Below, one piece after another: positions 46,125 through 53,852 of a stretch of 53,852 nt of DNA. The notes under the pieces were generated by a model. The model searched no databases, was not told where the DNA came from, and was given only the letters and a program-made list of their open reading frames with translations. The DNA comes from a virus. Lineage: Duplodnaviria > Caudoviricetes. The number at the start of each line of letters is the position of its first letter. Positions within the stretch are counted from its first letter, which is position 1. The translations under genes and the position numbers were made by a program. The stretch is from IMG/VR virus record IMGVR_UViG_3300005764_000022, positions 1-53,852 of that record; one strand, 5' to 3'.

Positions 46125-46460
46125 ATGACCTGCCCCACCTGCGGCAAAGAAATTCCTGCCGGGCTGTTCGCGTGCCCTCCCTGCCTTCACAACGCGGCCG
46201 TCAAAGCCATTGAAGAGTATCAGCTTCCGTTCCTAAAACTCTTCGACGGCGGAACCCTCCTGATTGGGGCCTTCAAAGACGGAGGCTCCACCCACATCAA
46301 AATGTTTGGCCCGCACGCGCGAACCATGTGCGGGCTTATCTACGAATCGACGCCGCGCAAGATATTCTTTCTCGCCGCGAAAGACAACCGGCTTAAGACT
46401 TTCTGCGGCGCGTGCCAAAAGCAGCTCGAAGTTTTAAGGAACCGCGCGCGCGTGGAGTAG
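46125..46460 (+). CDS. Zn-ribbon protein
   Basis: CPTC, CPPC, CGAC motifs. Confidence 0.7.
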   Translation: MTCPTCGKEIPAGLFACPPCLHNAAVKAIEEYQLPFLKLFDGGTLLIGAFKDGGSTHIKMFGPHARTMCGLIYESTPRKIFFLAAKDNRLKTFCGACQKQLEVLRNRARVE

Positions 46461-46462
46461 GG

Positions 46463-46831
46463 ATGCCAAAGCCATTCAGACTCAAGCCCCCCCGTCTGAA
46501 TGAGAAGGACGTAGTCACTGCCTGTAAAGACCTTCTAGCTACGCGCGGATGGTGGGCCAGCCGGCAACAATCCGGGCTGGTGCGCACGCCGGACGGCCGT
46601 TGGATGAGGCTGGGCGTTCCAGGGGTCCCCGATTGGGCTGTTATTCACCGGGACTATCCCGGTTTCCTGATGGAGGTCAAGCGGCCAGGCCGCAAAGCTG
46701 ACCCCCATCAAATTCTCAAAATTCATGAGTTGCGGATCGGCTTCGGGCTCGCGATCTGCGTAGTTGACTCCCCCCGCGCCCTAACAGTGTGGCTGAACGA
46801 ACACGAACGGAGACACAGCTTATGCCGATGA
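46463..46831 (+). CDS. VRR-NUC domain nuclease (Holliday junction resolvase-like)
   Basis: NEKDV...PGVPDW...LMEVKRPG...Q...VVDS. Confidence 0.85.
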   Translation: MPKPFRLKPPRLNEKDVVTACKDLLATRGWWASRQQSGLVRTPDGRWMRLGVPGVPDWAVIHRDYPGFLMEVKRPGRKADPHQILKIHELRIGFGLAICVVDSPRALTVWLNEHERRHSLCR

Positions 46832-47778
46832 CCGCAATTAGATCCATCGCATCCGCCTTAGACCTGAACCAGGTCCTTCCGCTTACCGAAGAGCCGGAGG
46901 TACCACCCCCCGACTTCGGACCCACGTTCCCTGAGCCGATCCTCCACCAGAATAGCCCGTCGTGCGCTGAAAACAAGCCAGGACGAATCGAGAGCCCCCC
47001 GGAGGTGGTCGGGGAGCCAAGTACTAATATTCGTACTTCGCCGGTCGAGCCCTGGGAACTCTCCCGCGGCGCCCAACGGTTGCTCAAGCTCATCCAGAAG
47101 TTCATCGGCAAGTATGGAAATTTTTACGCATCGCAGTGCTGGATAGGCGATCACCTCGCCAGGTGCTCCCGCACCATTTACAACTGGACCAGGGAACTGA
47201 TCCGCAATGGCTTTATTTCACTGCGGAGGCGATCTCAGAACACGCTTGTTTACACGCTTTTAAGCCGGAAAATTTCCGATCAGGTTTCCGGTCAGGTTTC
47301 CGGTCAGGTTTCCGGTCACTATAAGGAAGAATTAAACAAGGCTTACATGCACACATTGGCGGCTTCGCCGCCAGGAGCGGCGGCGACGGCGCAAGGGTGT
47401 GTCAATAATTCCGAACAAAACCGAAAACCGCCAAAGCAGGTCAGCGCAGAGGTGTCCCAACTATTCCGGGAACTGTGGCAAAACCACCCGGAAACGGAGC
47501 GTGGGTCGATGACCTATGCCTTTGAACAGCTGCAAGTGTGCCTGGCGTCGGAAACCGATGCGGCCACGCTGCGTCTCCGCCACGCGCAATATTGCTCCTG
47601 GTGGGCTATCGAGCGGTCTGCGAATTCAAGCTCTTACATACCGTGGCTCGGCCGGTTTTTCCGCGACGGCGATTGGAGACTCGCGCCGGAAGATAAGCCG
47701 CAACCGGCGCCGAAAAAGAGCAAGGGCCTATTGGCCGTCGAGCGGTATTGCGCAAAGGTTAAGGCGGCAATGGCATGA
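46822..47778 (+). CDS. Replication initiator (lambda O-like, winged HTH)
   Basis: FYASQCWIGDHLARCSRTIYNWTRELIRNGFISLRR; internal iterons; C-terminal YIPWLGRFFRDGDW. Confidence 0.78.
   Translation: MPMTAIRSIASALDLNQVLPLTEEPEVPPPDFGPTFPEPILHQNSPSCAENKPGRIESPPEVVGEPSTNIRTSPVEPWELSRGAQRLLKLIQKFIGKYGNFYASQCWIGDHLARCSRTIYNWTRELIRNGFISLRRRSQNTLVYTLLSRKISDQVSGQVSGQVSGHYKEELNKAYMHTLAASPPGAAATAQGCVNNSEQNRKPPKQVSAEVSQLFRELWQNHPETERGSMTYAFEQLQVCLASETDAATLRLRHAQYCSWWAIERSANSSSYIPWLGRFFRDGDWRLAPEDKPQPAPKKSKGLLAVERYCAKVKAAMA
47273..47320. repeat. Four 12-bp direct repeats TTTCCGRTCAGG (putative origin iterons)
   Basis: Copies at 47273, 47285, 47297, 47309, followed by A-rich ATAAGGAAGAATTAAACAAG. Confidence 0.8.
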
Positions 47779-48146
47779 TCTCGCATGAAGCCATTCAGCG
47801 CCAATTGGAGCGACTTAGCCATCTGCGGAAATTTCCGGCTGACGAAGCCAGTGTTGCGGATCTCTACGAGGCGCTCAAGACTGCGGAAACAGAAATCAAG
47901 GCAGCGGAGTGGGTGACGGAATGGAAGAACACCTTTCCGTATGCTCCGACACCGGCCGACATTCGCATTGGCCTCCAGGCTCCCGACGAGCCCATGACGT
48001 ACTGGAAACGTCCAGAGCCCACGAAGTGCGAGAAGTGCTCCGACACCGGCTGGAGGCAAGTCACGCGAGGCATGTATACCGGCGTCGTGCGCTGTGAGTG
48101 TCAACCTGCGCCGGCCGCGCCGGGGGCCACCGATGCAGCCGCCTAG
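47775..48146 (+). CDS. Putative helicase-loader-like protein with Zn finger
   Basis: Follows the initiator; FPYAPTPADIR; CEKCSDTGW...RCEC. Confidence 0.55.
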   Translation: MISHEAIQRQLERLSHLRKFPADEASVADLYEALKTAETEIKAAEWVTEWKNTFPYAPTPADIRIGLQAPDEPMTYWKRPEPTKCEKCSDTGWRQVTRGMYTGVVRCECQPAPAAPGATDAAA

Positions 48147-48190
48147 ACCGTGATAATCTGTTGGTCTCTTTGATATTCAAAGTATTAAGG
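48145..48190 (+). promoter_or_regulatory. AT-rich regulatory region with palindromes
   Basis: TGATAAT inside AGACC...GGTCT; CTTTGA-TAT-TCAAAG at 48168-48182. Confidence 0.4.
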
Positions 48191-48215
48191 AGAAGATGCG
48201 AAAGGGATAGTACAG

Positions 48216-48518
48216 ATGCAAACAGACGAGCTCGATAAAGGCCCGGGATATTGGCGATATGAGCAGAGCGGAGTGCTCAAGCCGGTAGTCGAAAAGTATC
48301 TCAATGGGGGCCTACTCAGCCAGAACGAGCTCGGCATTATGCGGGCTTACCTTCGGCAGTGGGTCGCCTCGCCGGTCTGGGATGGGAACCCGTACGCGGA
48401 CCAGGAAAGCCGCGACGAACTCAACGCGCTCCGCGGCGCGATTTCCCAGATTACAGATCAAGCGCATTTGGAGGAGTGGTTTCAAAAAGCGCTCGACCTG
48501 GGAATGGATCCGTTATGA
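48216..48518 (+). CDS. Hypothetical protein
   Basis: GAAAGGGA RBS; protein-like composition. Confidence 0.75.
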   Translation: MQTDELDKGPGYWRYEQSGVLKPVVEKYLNGGLLSQNELGIMRAYLRQWVASPVWDGNPYADQESRDELNALRGAISQITDQAHLEEWFQKALDLGMDPL

Positions 48519-49111
48519 CCGACCAGGAACTCGAAGCCTTCGCGGCGCAAGCGTTCAACCTCGCGCGGACGGAATTTCAGCGGAAGAAAGAATTCAATTG
48601 GCTCCTGGCTTCGTTCCATCACGGCCGTGGGCTGCACCGCATGAAGAAGGTCGAGGCGCTGGTGATCGAGATGGCCGGTGAAGATTGGATGAACCATCCG
48701 TGGAAGAAAGAGCGCGTCGGCTACATCCTCCGGGTGGCGACCAACCTAATGCCGCCCGACGCGGTTGCGCTCGTGAGTATTGCGGACCGATGGCGACCGA
48801 CGGATGCTTTCAACGCGCTTTCCGAAGCGGATCAGAAAAAGATTATGGACGGGTCGCGCGAGGTGCGCGCCGATGCCGCTTCGCTCGGATTGCTCACCGT
48901 CGATGAAGTCATGGTGTGTTGGGCGCAAACCCCATCGCGGGTGTGTTCGTATCAACGCACACTAAACGAGTTGGAGGATTCACAGCCGTTAGTGCAGTTC
49001 GGTCCCATGGAGTTATTCGAGGGAAACTTCAAGTTATTCGGAGAAGTCGAAATTCCGCCTGAAGCGGCCGAGATCTTCGCACGCCGCATGGCGGAAAAGG
49101 GATACCTATGA
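48515..49111 (+). CDS. Hypothetical protein
   Basis: Start at MTDQELEAF, ATGA-coupled. Confidence 0.72.
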   Translation: MTDQELEAFAAQAFNLARTEFQRKKEFNWLLASFHHGRGLHRMKKVEALVIEMAGEDWMNHPWKKERVGYILRVATNLMPPDAVALVSIADRWRPTDAFNALSEADQKKIMDGSREVRADAASLGLLTVDEVMVCWAQTPSRVCSYQRTLNELEDSQPLVQFGPMELFEGNFKLFGEVEIPPEAAEIFARRMAEKGYL

Positions 49112-49332
49112 GATACGACCTAGGCCACGGCGTCTATCTGGAGCCCGACGATTCGACCAGGGACACCGAGTTTCACAAGCGCATCATCTCAACGGAGCGC
49201 ATCCAGGGCACGCGCGCGGGGAACTGGCTGGTGCTCGAATGCGGACACCGCTCGATGGCGTTTGGGAATCTGAAGCACGCGCGAGGCGTGGTGCTGTGTA
49301 CGCAATGTAGGGACGCGAAAGGAAAATCATGA
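49108..49332 (+). CDS. Small Zn-binding protein
   Basis: LECGH...CTQC. Confidence 0.7.
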   Translation: MRYDLGHGVYLEPDDSTRDTEFHKRIISTERIQGTRAGNWLVLECGHRSMAFGNLKHARGVVLCTQCRDAKGKS

Positions 49333-49988
49333 GTGATGCAGTCAAGCCGCGGGTAGATTGGTCAACCCTCCCGAAGCGCATGAAATCTCTGGCCGTCGAT
49401 GAGCGCGGCTATCCTGTGCCGTGGTTTGTGCAATGGGTCGACGGGAAGCCGGAGTTTCGCGCAATAAATCCCCAAAAACTACTCCAGGCGCTCAGAAGCA
49501 AACTGTGCTGGGTGTGCGGGGAACCGCTGGGAGTTCACCTGTGTTTCGTCGCCGGGCCGATGTGCGGGATCAATCGGACGTCGAGCGAACCCCCGTCGCA
49601 TCTGGAATGCGGGCGCTGGTCCGCAAAGAATTGTCCGTTCCTGAGCAACCCGAAAATGGTGCGCCGCGAGGACGCTCTGATAAACAACGCCGGAATGCGC
49701 GATAACGTTGCAGGCTTTGCGATCACCAGGAATCCGGGTGTGGCGATGCTCTGGATCACTCGCGAATTCGAAATGTTCAGGGATCAAAACGGCGCTCCGC
49801 TAATTCAGATGGGGGAGCCGCAAAGCGTCGAATGGTACGCCGAAGGGCGCGAGGCCACGCGCGACGAAGTGCAAGCCTCGATTGACGGCGGATTACCAAT
49901 TCTCGAAGCTATGGCGCGAACGCAAGACGGAGCCATGGAAGTGTTAAACCGCGCGGTAAAACGATTTGAACGCTGGTTGCCGAAATGA
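49329..49988 (+). CDS. Conserved hypothetical Zn-binding phage protein
   Basis: RGYPVPWFV, LCWVCGEPL, EPPSHLECGRWSAKNCPFL. Confidence 0.8.
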   Translation: MSDAVKPRVDWSTLPKRMKSLAVDERGYPVPWFVQWVDGKPEFRAINPQKLLQALRSKLCWVCGEPLGVHLCFVAGPMCGINRTSSEPPSHLECGRWSAKNCPFLSNPKMVRREDALINNAGMRDNVAGFAITRNPGVAMLWITREFEMFRDQNGAPLIQMGEPQSVEWYAEGREATRDEVQASIDGGLPILEAMARTQDGAMEVLNRAVKRFERWLPK

Positions 49989-50218
49989 GAGTCGCAGTCA
50001 GGGGCTGGGGCGACGGCCGCAAGCTGTTCGACGAAGTGATCGACGCCGATGAGGAAGCCCTGGAAACCATCGCGCCGCGCCACATTCAGGGCGTCATCGG
50101 CTACAAGCGCAACATGCTCGAAATCGAATTTCTGGACGAGCCCAACGAGAACGAGCGGTACTTCCGCTTCGGAACCGACCCTTCGATGATGGTCGCGCCC
50201 ATCCAGGTGAAGCCATGA
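49985..50218 (+). CDS. Hypothetical protein
   Basis: ATGA coupling at both ends. Confidence 0.7.
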   Translation: MRVAVRGWGDGRKLFDEVIDADEEALETIAPRHIQGVIGYKRNMLEIEFLDEPNENERYFRFGTDPSMMVAPIQVKP

Positions 50219-50424
50219 ACTGCCCTTTCTACGGCCGCCACCTTGCAATGATCGGAGCAGCGCCGTTCGCGCTGATCGACCAGAAGGGCAATCAGTGCGC
50301 CCTAATCACTACCAGTTTTTCGCCCTGTCAGCGAGAGATAGCAGGACAAAAAATCGACTGGCGCCTGTGTCAGCGCGTCTGGGCGATCCAGGTTCCGTTT
50401 AATCCAATCGGAGCCGCAGAATGA
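50215..50424 (+). CDS. Small Cys-containing protein
   Basis: Coupled; four Cys. Confidence 0.65.
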   Translation: MNCPFYGRHLAMIGAAPFALIDQKGNQCALITTSFSPCQREIAGQKIDWRLCQRVWAIQVPFNPIGAAE

Positions 50425-50699
50425 GGACGGGCGATAGGGTCAAGGTCTACCCCCACGGCGCGCCCGAGCTATCATCGCCTGGACACGTCGCGCTCATCTC
50501 CGCGAATCAGCTTTCTATTGCGGTGGGCTTCCTGAAAAAACCGCCGTTCGCAATTGTGCCCGATGGCATGGCGGTTCATCCCGAGCATGGGCTGATGCTA
50601 TTGGCGATGCGGGAGCAGCTCCACGGTGAGCCATGGGGCCCATGGATTGAAATGTTCAGCGGCGGCCACTTCGAAATCGAGGAGCCGTCTCATGAATAA
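50421..50699 (+). CDS. SH3/KOW-like small protein, paralogue A
   Basis: MRTGDRVKVYPHG... Confidence 0.7.
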   Translation: MRTGDRVKVYPHGAPELSSPGHVALISANQLSIAVGFLKKPPFAIVPDGMAVHPEHGLMLLAMREQLHGEPWGPWIEMFSGGHFEIEEPSHE

Positions 50700-50898
50700 G
50701 CCCCTCACTCGCGCTGATCTGGACACAATGCCTTGCCAAAATCCGGGATGCGCTCACGATACTTGTCAGATGTTTTTCCACGGGCGCTGCCATCCCCATG
50801 CGGATCTTGAGGCGTCCTACCGAAAGGATCATGGGACCATCACCATCCGCTGTGCGCGCTGCAGCATGGTCGTGGCCGTGGTGAAGGTCGCGCCATGA
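50692..50898 (+). CDS. Small Cys/His-rich protein
   Basis: GAGGAG RBS; CQNPGC, CH, CARC. Confidence 0.7.
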   Translation: MNKPLTRADLDTMPCQNPGCAHDTCQMFFHGRCHPHADLEASYRKDHGTITIRCARCSMVVAVVKVAP

Positions 50899-51194
50899 AG
50901 CCCGGAGACAAAGTGCGCGTCTATCCCGAGGGCGGCCGGGCGATTGCCGCCACCGGCACTATCGTCGCAGCGCAAGGCATCGGCTCCGACAGATCTATCA
51001 TGGTGGCGCTCCCGGATCGTCCCAAGCCGGAATTCCCAACCACGCTGTTTCACGGCGCGACCCTGGGCGTCTGGCAGAACGACGAGTGGCTCCGGCTGAT
51101 CGTGCTGGTGCGCGGTCAGATGTCCATTGCGGGGCCGGGCTTCTACTTCACGGAAATCGTCAGCGGAGATGGGTTCGAGGTCGAGGAGCTATGA
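50895..51194 (+). CDS. SH3/KOW-like small protein, paralogue B
   Basis: MKPGDKVRVYPEG... Confidence 0.7.
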   Translation: MKPGDKVRVYPEGGRAIAATGTIVAAQGIGSDRSIMVALPDRPKPEFPTTLFHGATLGVWQNDEWLRLIVLVRGQMSIAGPGFYFTEIVSGDGFEVEEL

Positions 51195-51499
51195 GCCAAC
51201 GCCGGATCAAGAAACGAGCACTGCATCTTACAACTCTCTCGGAGCGATTCCATGGGCTCACATGCCCAAACTGCGGGGGCCGCGCTGACGGACAGACCTC
51301 CATTCGTGTTGATGGTGCGCCGGTAAGCCCGAAGCCAGGCGACGTCACGATCTGCGCTTATTGCGGCTGCTTCAACGTGTTCACCGCGGATCTGAAGCTA
51401 CGCCTCGCGACTCCCGAAGAGAAAGAGCAGTTCAAGCAGTACGCCGATCCCGCCATTCAGAAGGCGGCCTCAATCGTAGCGAAGCGGGTTCAGCACTAG
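51191..51499 (+). CDS. Zn-ribbon protein
   Basis: CPNCG...PKPGDVTICAYCG. Confidence 0.72.
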   Translation: MSQRRIKKRALHLTTLSERFHGLTCPNCGGRADGQTSIRVDGAPVSPKPGDVTICAYCGCFNVFTADLKLRLATPEEKEQFKQYADPAIQKAASIVAKRVQH

Positions 51500-51510
51500 A
51501 AGGGAAGGAA

Positions 51511-51828
51511 ATGAAAGTCTACATCGCGCAACTCAAATGCCCGGCGAACCACTGCGTTATGGCTGTGGCTGGTGAATTCGACACGTACGAGGCTGCCCAT
51601 GCGGAACTCAGCTTCAAGCTCGGTCATGCTTTCGGGACAGCCGTTAAGGAAAAACTTCTCAATTACGAGTGCGGTATCTGCCGCTCGCAAAACTTGCGTC
51701 CCGAGGTAAGAGCGACACGATTCACCACGATGGCCGAAGCCATGCCTCATCTGAAGGCAACGGAACAAGCACAGGCGGAATCCGCGGAGGCGATTCGCGC
51801 GATCGAGAACGGAGCCAAGAACAATTGA
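51511..51828 (+). CDS. Zn-binding hypothetical protein
   Basis: AAGGGAAGGA RBS; CPANHC...CGIC. Confidence 0.72.
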   Translation: MKVYIAQLKCPANHCVMAVAGEFDTYEAAHAELSFKLGHAFGTAVKEKLLNYECGICRSQNLRPEVRATRFTTMAEAMPHLKATEQAQAESAEAIRAIENGAKNN

Positions 51829-52448
51829 CGTCGCTCGAACTCTTCGAAGCCCTCGCGCCGCGGCTCTATCCGGCCATCATGGGGCTCGGCCACTACACGG
51901 AGCGATGCTGCATCTTCGCCACGCGCGTCGCCATGGACGTCGGCGCTTACTTCGGAATCGACGTGTGGCCGCAAACGGTTCAAGCCGTCGCCTATAACCA
52001 AAAGTTTCGGGAGCACGTAGAGGCTGAGGATTTCGGGCTCAACGACTGGCGCTCCGACGGCTCGCACTCAGTGGGGATCGGTCACGGCTTACCGGGCAAG
52101 CCCGGCGTGGCGGTATCGCGCAAGACCAACCAGTGGAACGGCCATTTGATCGCTGTTGCGCGCGGGCCGCTGGGGTACGAAGCATTCGGAGACTTCGCCA
52201 TCAATCAAGCAGAGCGCATCGACAAAGACATCCGCCTGGGCGTCGCGATCTTCGGGCCATACAGCGGCGAGGAGGTCTGGGCGGTGGTGGGCCCGGCCGC
52301 GCACGGAACCGTCATTGAATACCGGCGCACCGAGGGCAACGACGTCTATCGCACCTCTCCCGATTGGAAACAGCGCAGCCGGCGCGAGAAGATCGTCGGC
52401 GCTTTAATACGAGAGATACGAAAGGAAAAACACAGATGCCGCTCATAA
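51825..52448 (+). CDS. Putative papain/transglutaminase-like Cys-His-Asp enzyme
   Basis: CCIFATRV...WNGHLIAV...FGDFAINQ; TTG start overlapping the previous stop. Confidence 0.5.
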   Translation: MTSLELFEALAPRLYPAIMGLGHYTERCCIFATRVAMDVGAYFGIDVWPQTVQAVAYNQKFREHVEAEDFGLNDWRSDGSHSVGIGHGLPGKPGVAVSRKTNQWNGHLIAVARGPLGYEAFGDFAINQAERIDKDIRLGVAIFGPYSGEEVWAVVGPAAHGTVIEYRRTEGNDVYRTSPDWKQRSRREKIVGALIREIRKEKHRCRS

Positions 52449-52506
52449 CCGGAGCCATGATGTGGGGCATGAACATGGGCATCCCGCATCGGGGAGGCGC
52501 GCGGCC

Positions 52507-53439
52507 ATGGCAAGGTTGATTGACGAACTCCGCACACAGGGACGGGTGGAGGTTCCCCGCTTAATCGCTCCTCGCTGGATAACTGCCTGGAAACGTTATG
52601 CGGCCAAGATATGCGAATACGTCACCACCAGCGAGGATTTGCCGATCTTACTCATTGACAATGTGGCGCAGTATTACTGGATCGGCACCAAACAAGAATA
52701 TTGGCAACTAGATCGCGATTTTCCGAACCTTGCTCCTCCCTGGCCCGTGTTTTGGGTAGAGCACCACATGGCGCGCACCTGTCATTCCGAAATCGGAGAT
52801 AGGGACCTGCGCGACATGATCGGCCCAAAGGCCAAGATTGGCGTGCTGGTTCACGCTTTCACGCGCGATCAGGTTTATGAGATGGGCGCCGACAATCGGC
52901 TCGACGACGGCGCCCATTGGCTTCTCTGGATGGAGTTGTTTGTCAATTACGATGCGAGTAGCCGCCATATCCAAGGACCGCACGGCAGTTGTTTCGTCCA
53001 GGTCGATGCCGAAGGGCGCGCTCTTGGGTCGCCCGGAATGCACGATTACGGCGATCACCCGGAGCACATCAAAAATCTCATCACTCTGTTTCACCCAACG
53101 CTTCTCGCGATCAGCTTTTTGCACTGCAAGAACGTGACGATGGAAGAGCACCGCATGGACGCGCCGCTCGCGAAGAAATTCCGGGCCCGCACCGGCCAGA
53201 ATCCCGCGCCGTGGAAAACCCTGGTCATCGAGCCGCTCAAACAGATCCTCCGCAAAGAGGGCCGCTCCGACACCGAGGGCTTGGCGAAAGCCATGCACAT
53301 CTGCCGCGGCCACTTCGCGGACTACCGCAACGGCCGCGGGCTGTTCGGCAAATACAAGCAGCTGGTTTGGATGCCTATGACCATCCGCGGGACCAAAGGC
53401 GAAAAGCCGGCTCCCAGGGAAATCGAGGTCAAGGTATGA
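52507..53439 (+). CDS. Hypothetical phage protein with C-terminal HxxRGH motif
   Basis: GGGGAGG RBS; AMHICRGHFADY...WMPMTIRG. Confidence 0.78.
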   Translation: MARLIDELRTQGRVEVPRLIAPRWITAWKRYAAKICEYVTTSEDLPILLIDNVAQYYWIGTKQEYWQLDRDFPNLAPPWPVFWVEHHMARTCHSEIGDRDLRDMIGPKAKIGVLVHAFTRDQVYEMGADNRLDDGAHWLLWMELFVNYDASSRHIQGPHGSCFVQVDAEGRALGSPGMHDYGDHPEHIKNLITLFHPTLLAISFLHCKNVTMEEHRMDAPLAKKFRARTGQNPAPWKTLVIEPLKQILRKEGRSDTEGLAKAMHICRGHFADYRNGRGLFGKYKQLVWMPMTIRGTKGEKPAPREIEVKV

Positions 53440-53768
53440 GGCGGCTTTTGTGTGAAGCGTGCGGCATCGAAAAGGGGAAACAATCGGGCGTTCGCAAATC
53501 CTATGTGGGCAAAATCGCTGGGGAGCCCGATGAATGGGAGCGCGTCATCTGGGGCCACGCGCGGGAGCCGCAAGACAGACAGCGGATCGTTCGCGTAGGG
53601 GATGCGATCAAAACCCTAGTTCCCGGCCAATATGACTGCGACTTCTGTGATGCCGACATAAAGCCCGGCCAGCGCTGCGTGGCCTGGACTGCATGGGTGG
53701 AGGGCCGCTCGTTCACTGAAGGCGATGAACCGGCTGTTTGGGAAGACGAATTTCTGGAGCGCGAATGA
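53436..53768 (+). CDS. Zn-binding hypothetical protein
   Basis: CEAC...CDFC; ATGA-coupled. Confidence 0.7.
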   Translation: MRRLLCEACGIEKGKQSGVRKSYVGKIAGEPDEWERVIWGHAREPQDRQRIVRVGDAIKTLVPGQYDCDFCDADIKPGQRCVAWTAWVEGRSFTEGDEPAVWEDEFLERE

Positions 53769-53852
53769 AACTCGATTTTGAGACCCACTAAGAGGCCGAA
53801 GCCATGCACGCGGAGCACCTGGGCCAGCTGCGGCGGCGCCAAAACAACTGAC

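Larger units (their letters stand above)
1..53852 (+). mobile_element. Temperate siphovirus-type phage/prophage with lambda-like head module; ends not visible
   Basis: Contiguous terminase-portal-protease-capsid-tail-tape measure-fibre genes, then recombination, methyltransferase, serine recombinase and replication genes; no host housekeeping genes seen. Confidence 0.95.

Noticed and set aside
1-53852. Alternative genetic code or stop-codon reassignment
   Set aside because: Core genes are full length in code 11 and TAA, TAG and TGA all end genes
1-53852. Firm host assignment
   Set aside because: Tail genes recall Acidobacteriota prophages from memory, but no host gene or search result supports it

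Overview
The window is most of a GC-rich temperate siphophage genome, almost all on the + strand, with no recognisable host genes. Order: accessory operons and a frameshifted ECF sigma factor (1-5.6 kb); an 18-bp tandem repeat array and a ParB-DNA methyltransferase before the packaging genes; a lambda-type head module (terminase, gpW, portal, S49 protease with nested scaffold, decoration protein, major capsid); a long non-contractile tail (tube, frameshifted assembly chaperone, tape measure, Dit, hub, two fibres); an early operon (RHH regulator, YqaJ, RecT, C5 and MT-A70 methyltransferases, large serine recombinase, VRR-NUC, O-like initiator with iterons); and many small, often Zn-binding hypothetical genes. 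Most notable are a C5 methyltransferase coded in two frames over about 1.2 kb, the GATC/CCWGG-rich repeat array upstream of the terminase, repeated non-coding boxes and operators framing the accessory operons, a serine recombinase flanked by an unannotated 53-aa ORF and an inverted repeat, and a non-canonical chaperone frameshift. I found no endolysin, CI-type repressor, reverse transcriptase, CRISPR array or tRNA. All family calls come from motif recognition by eye; no searches were run.
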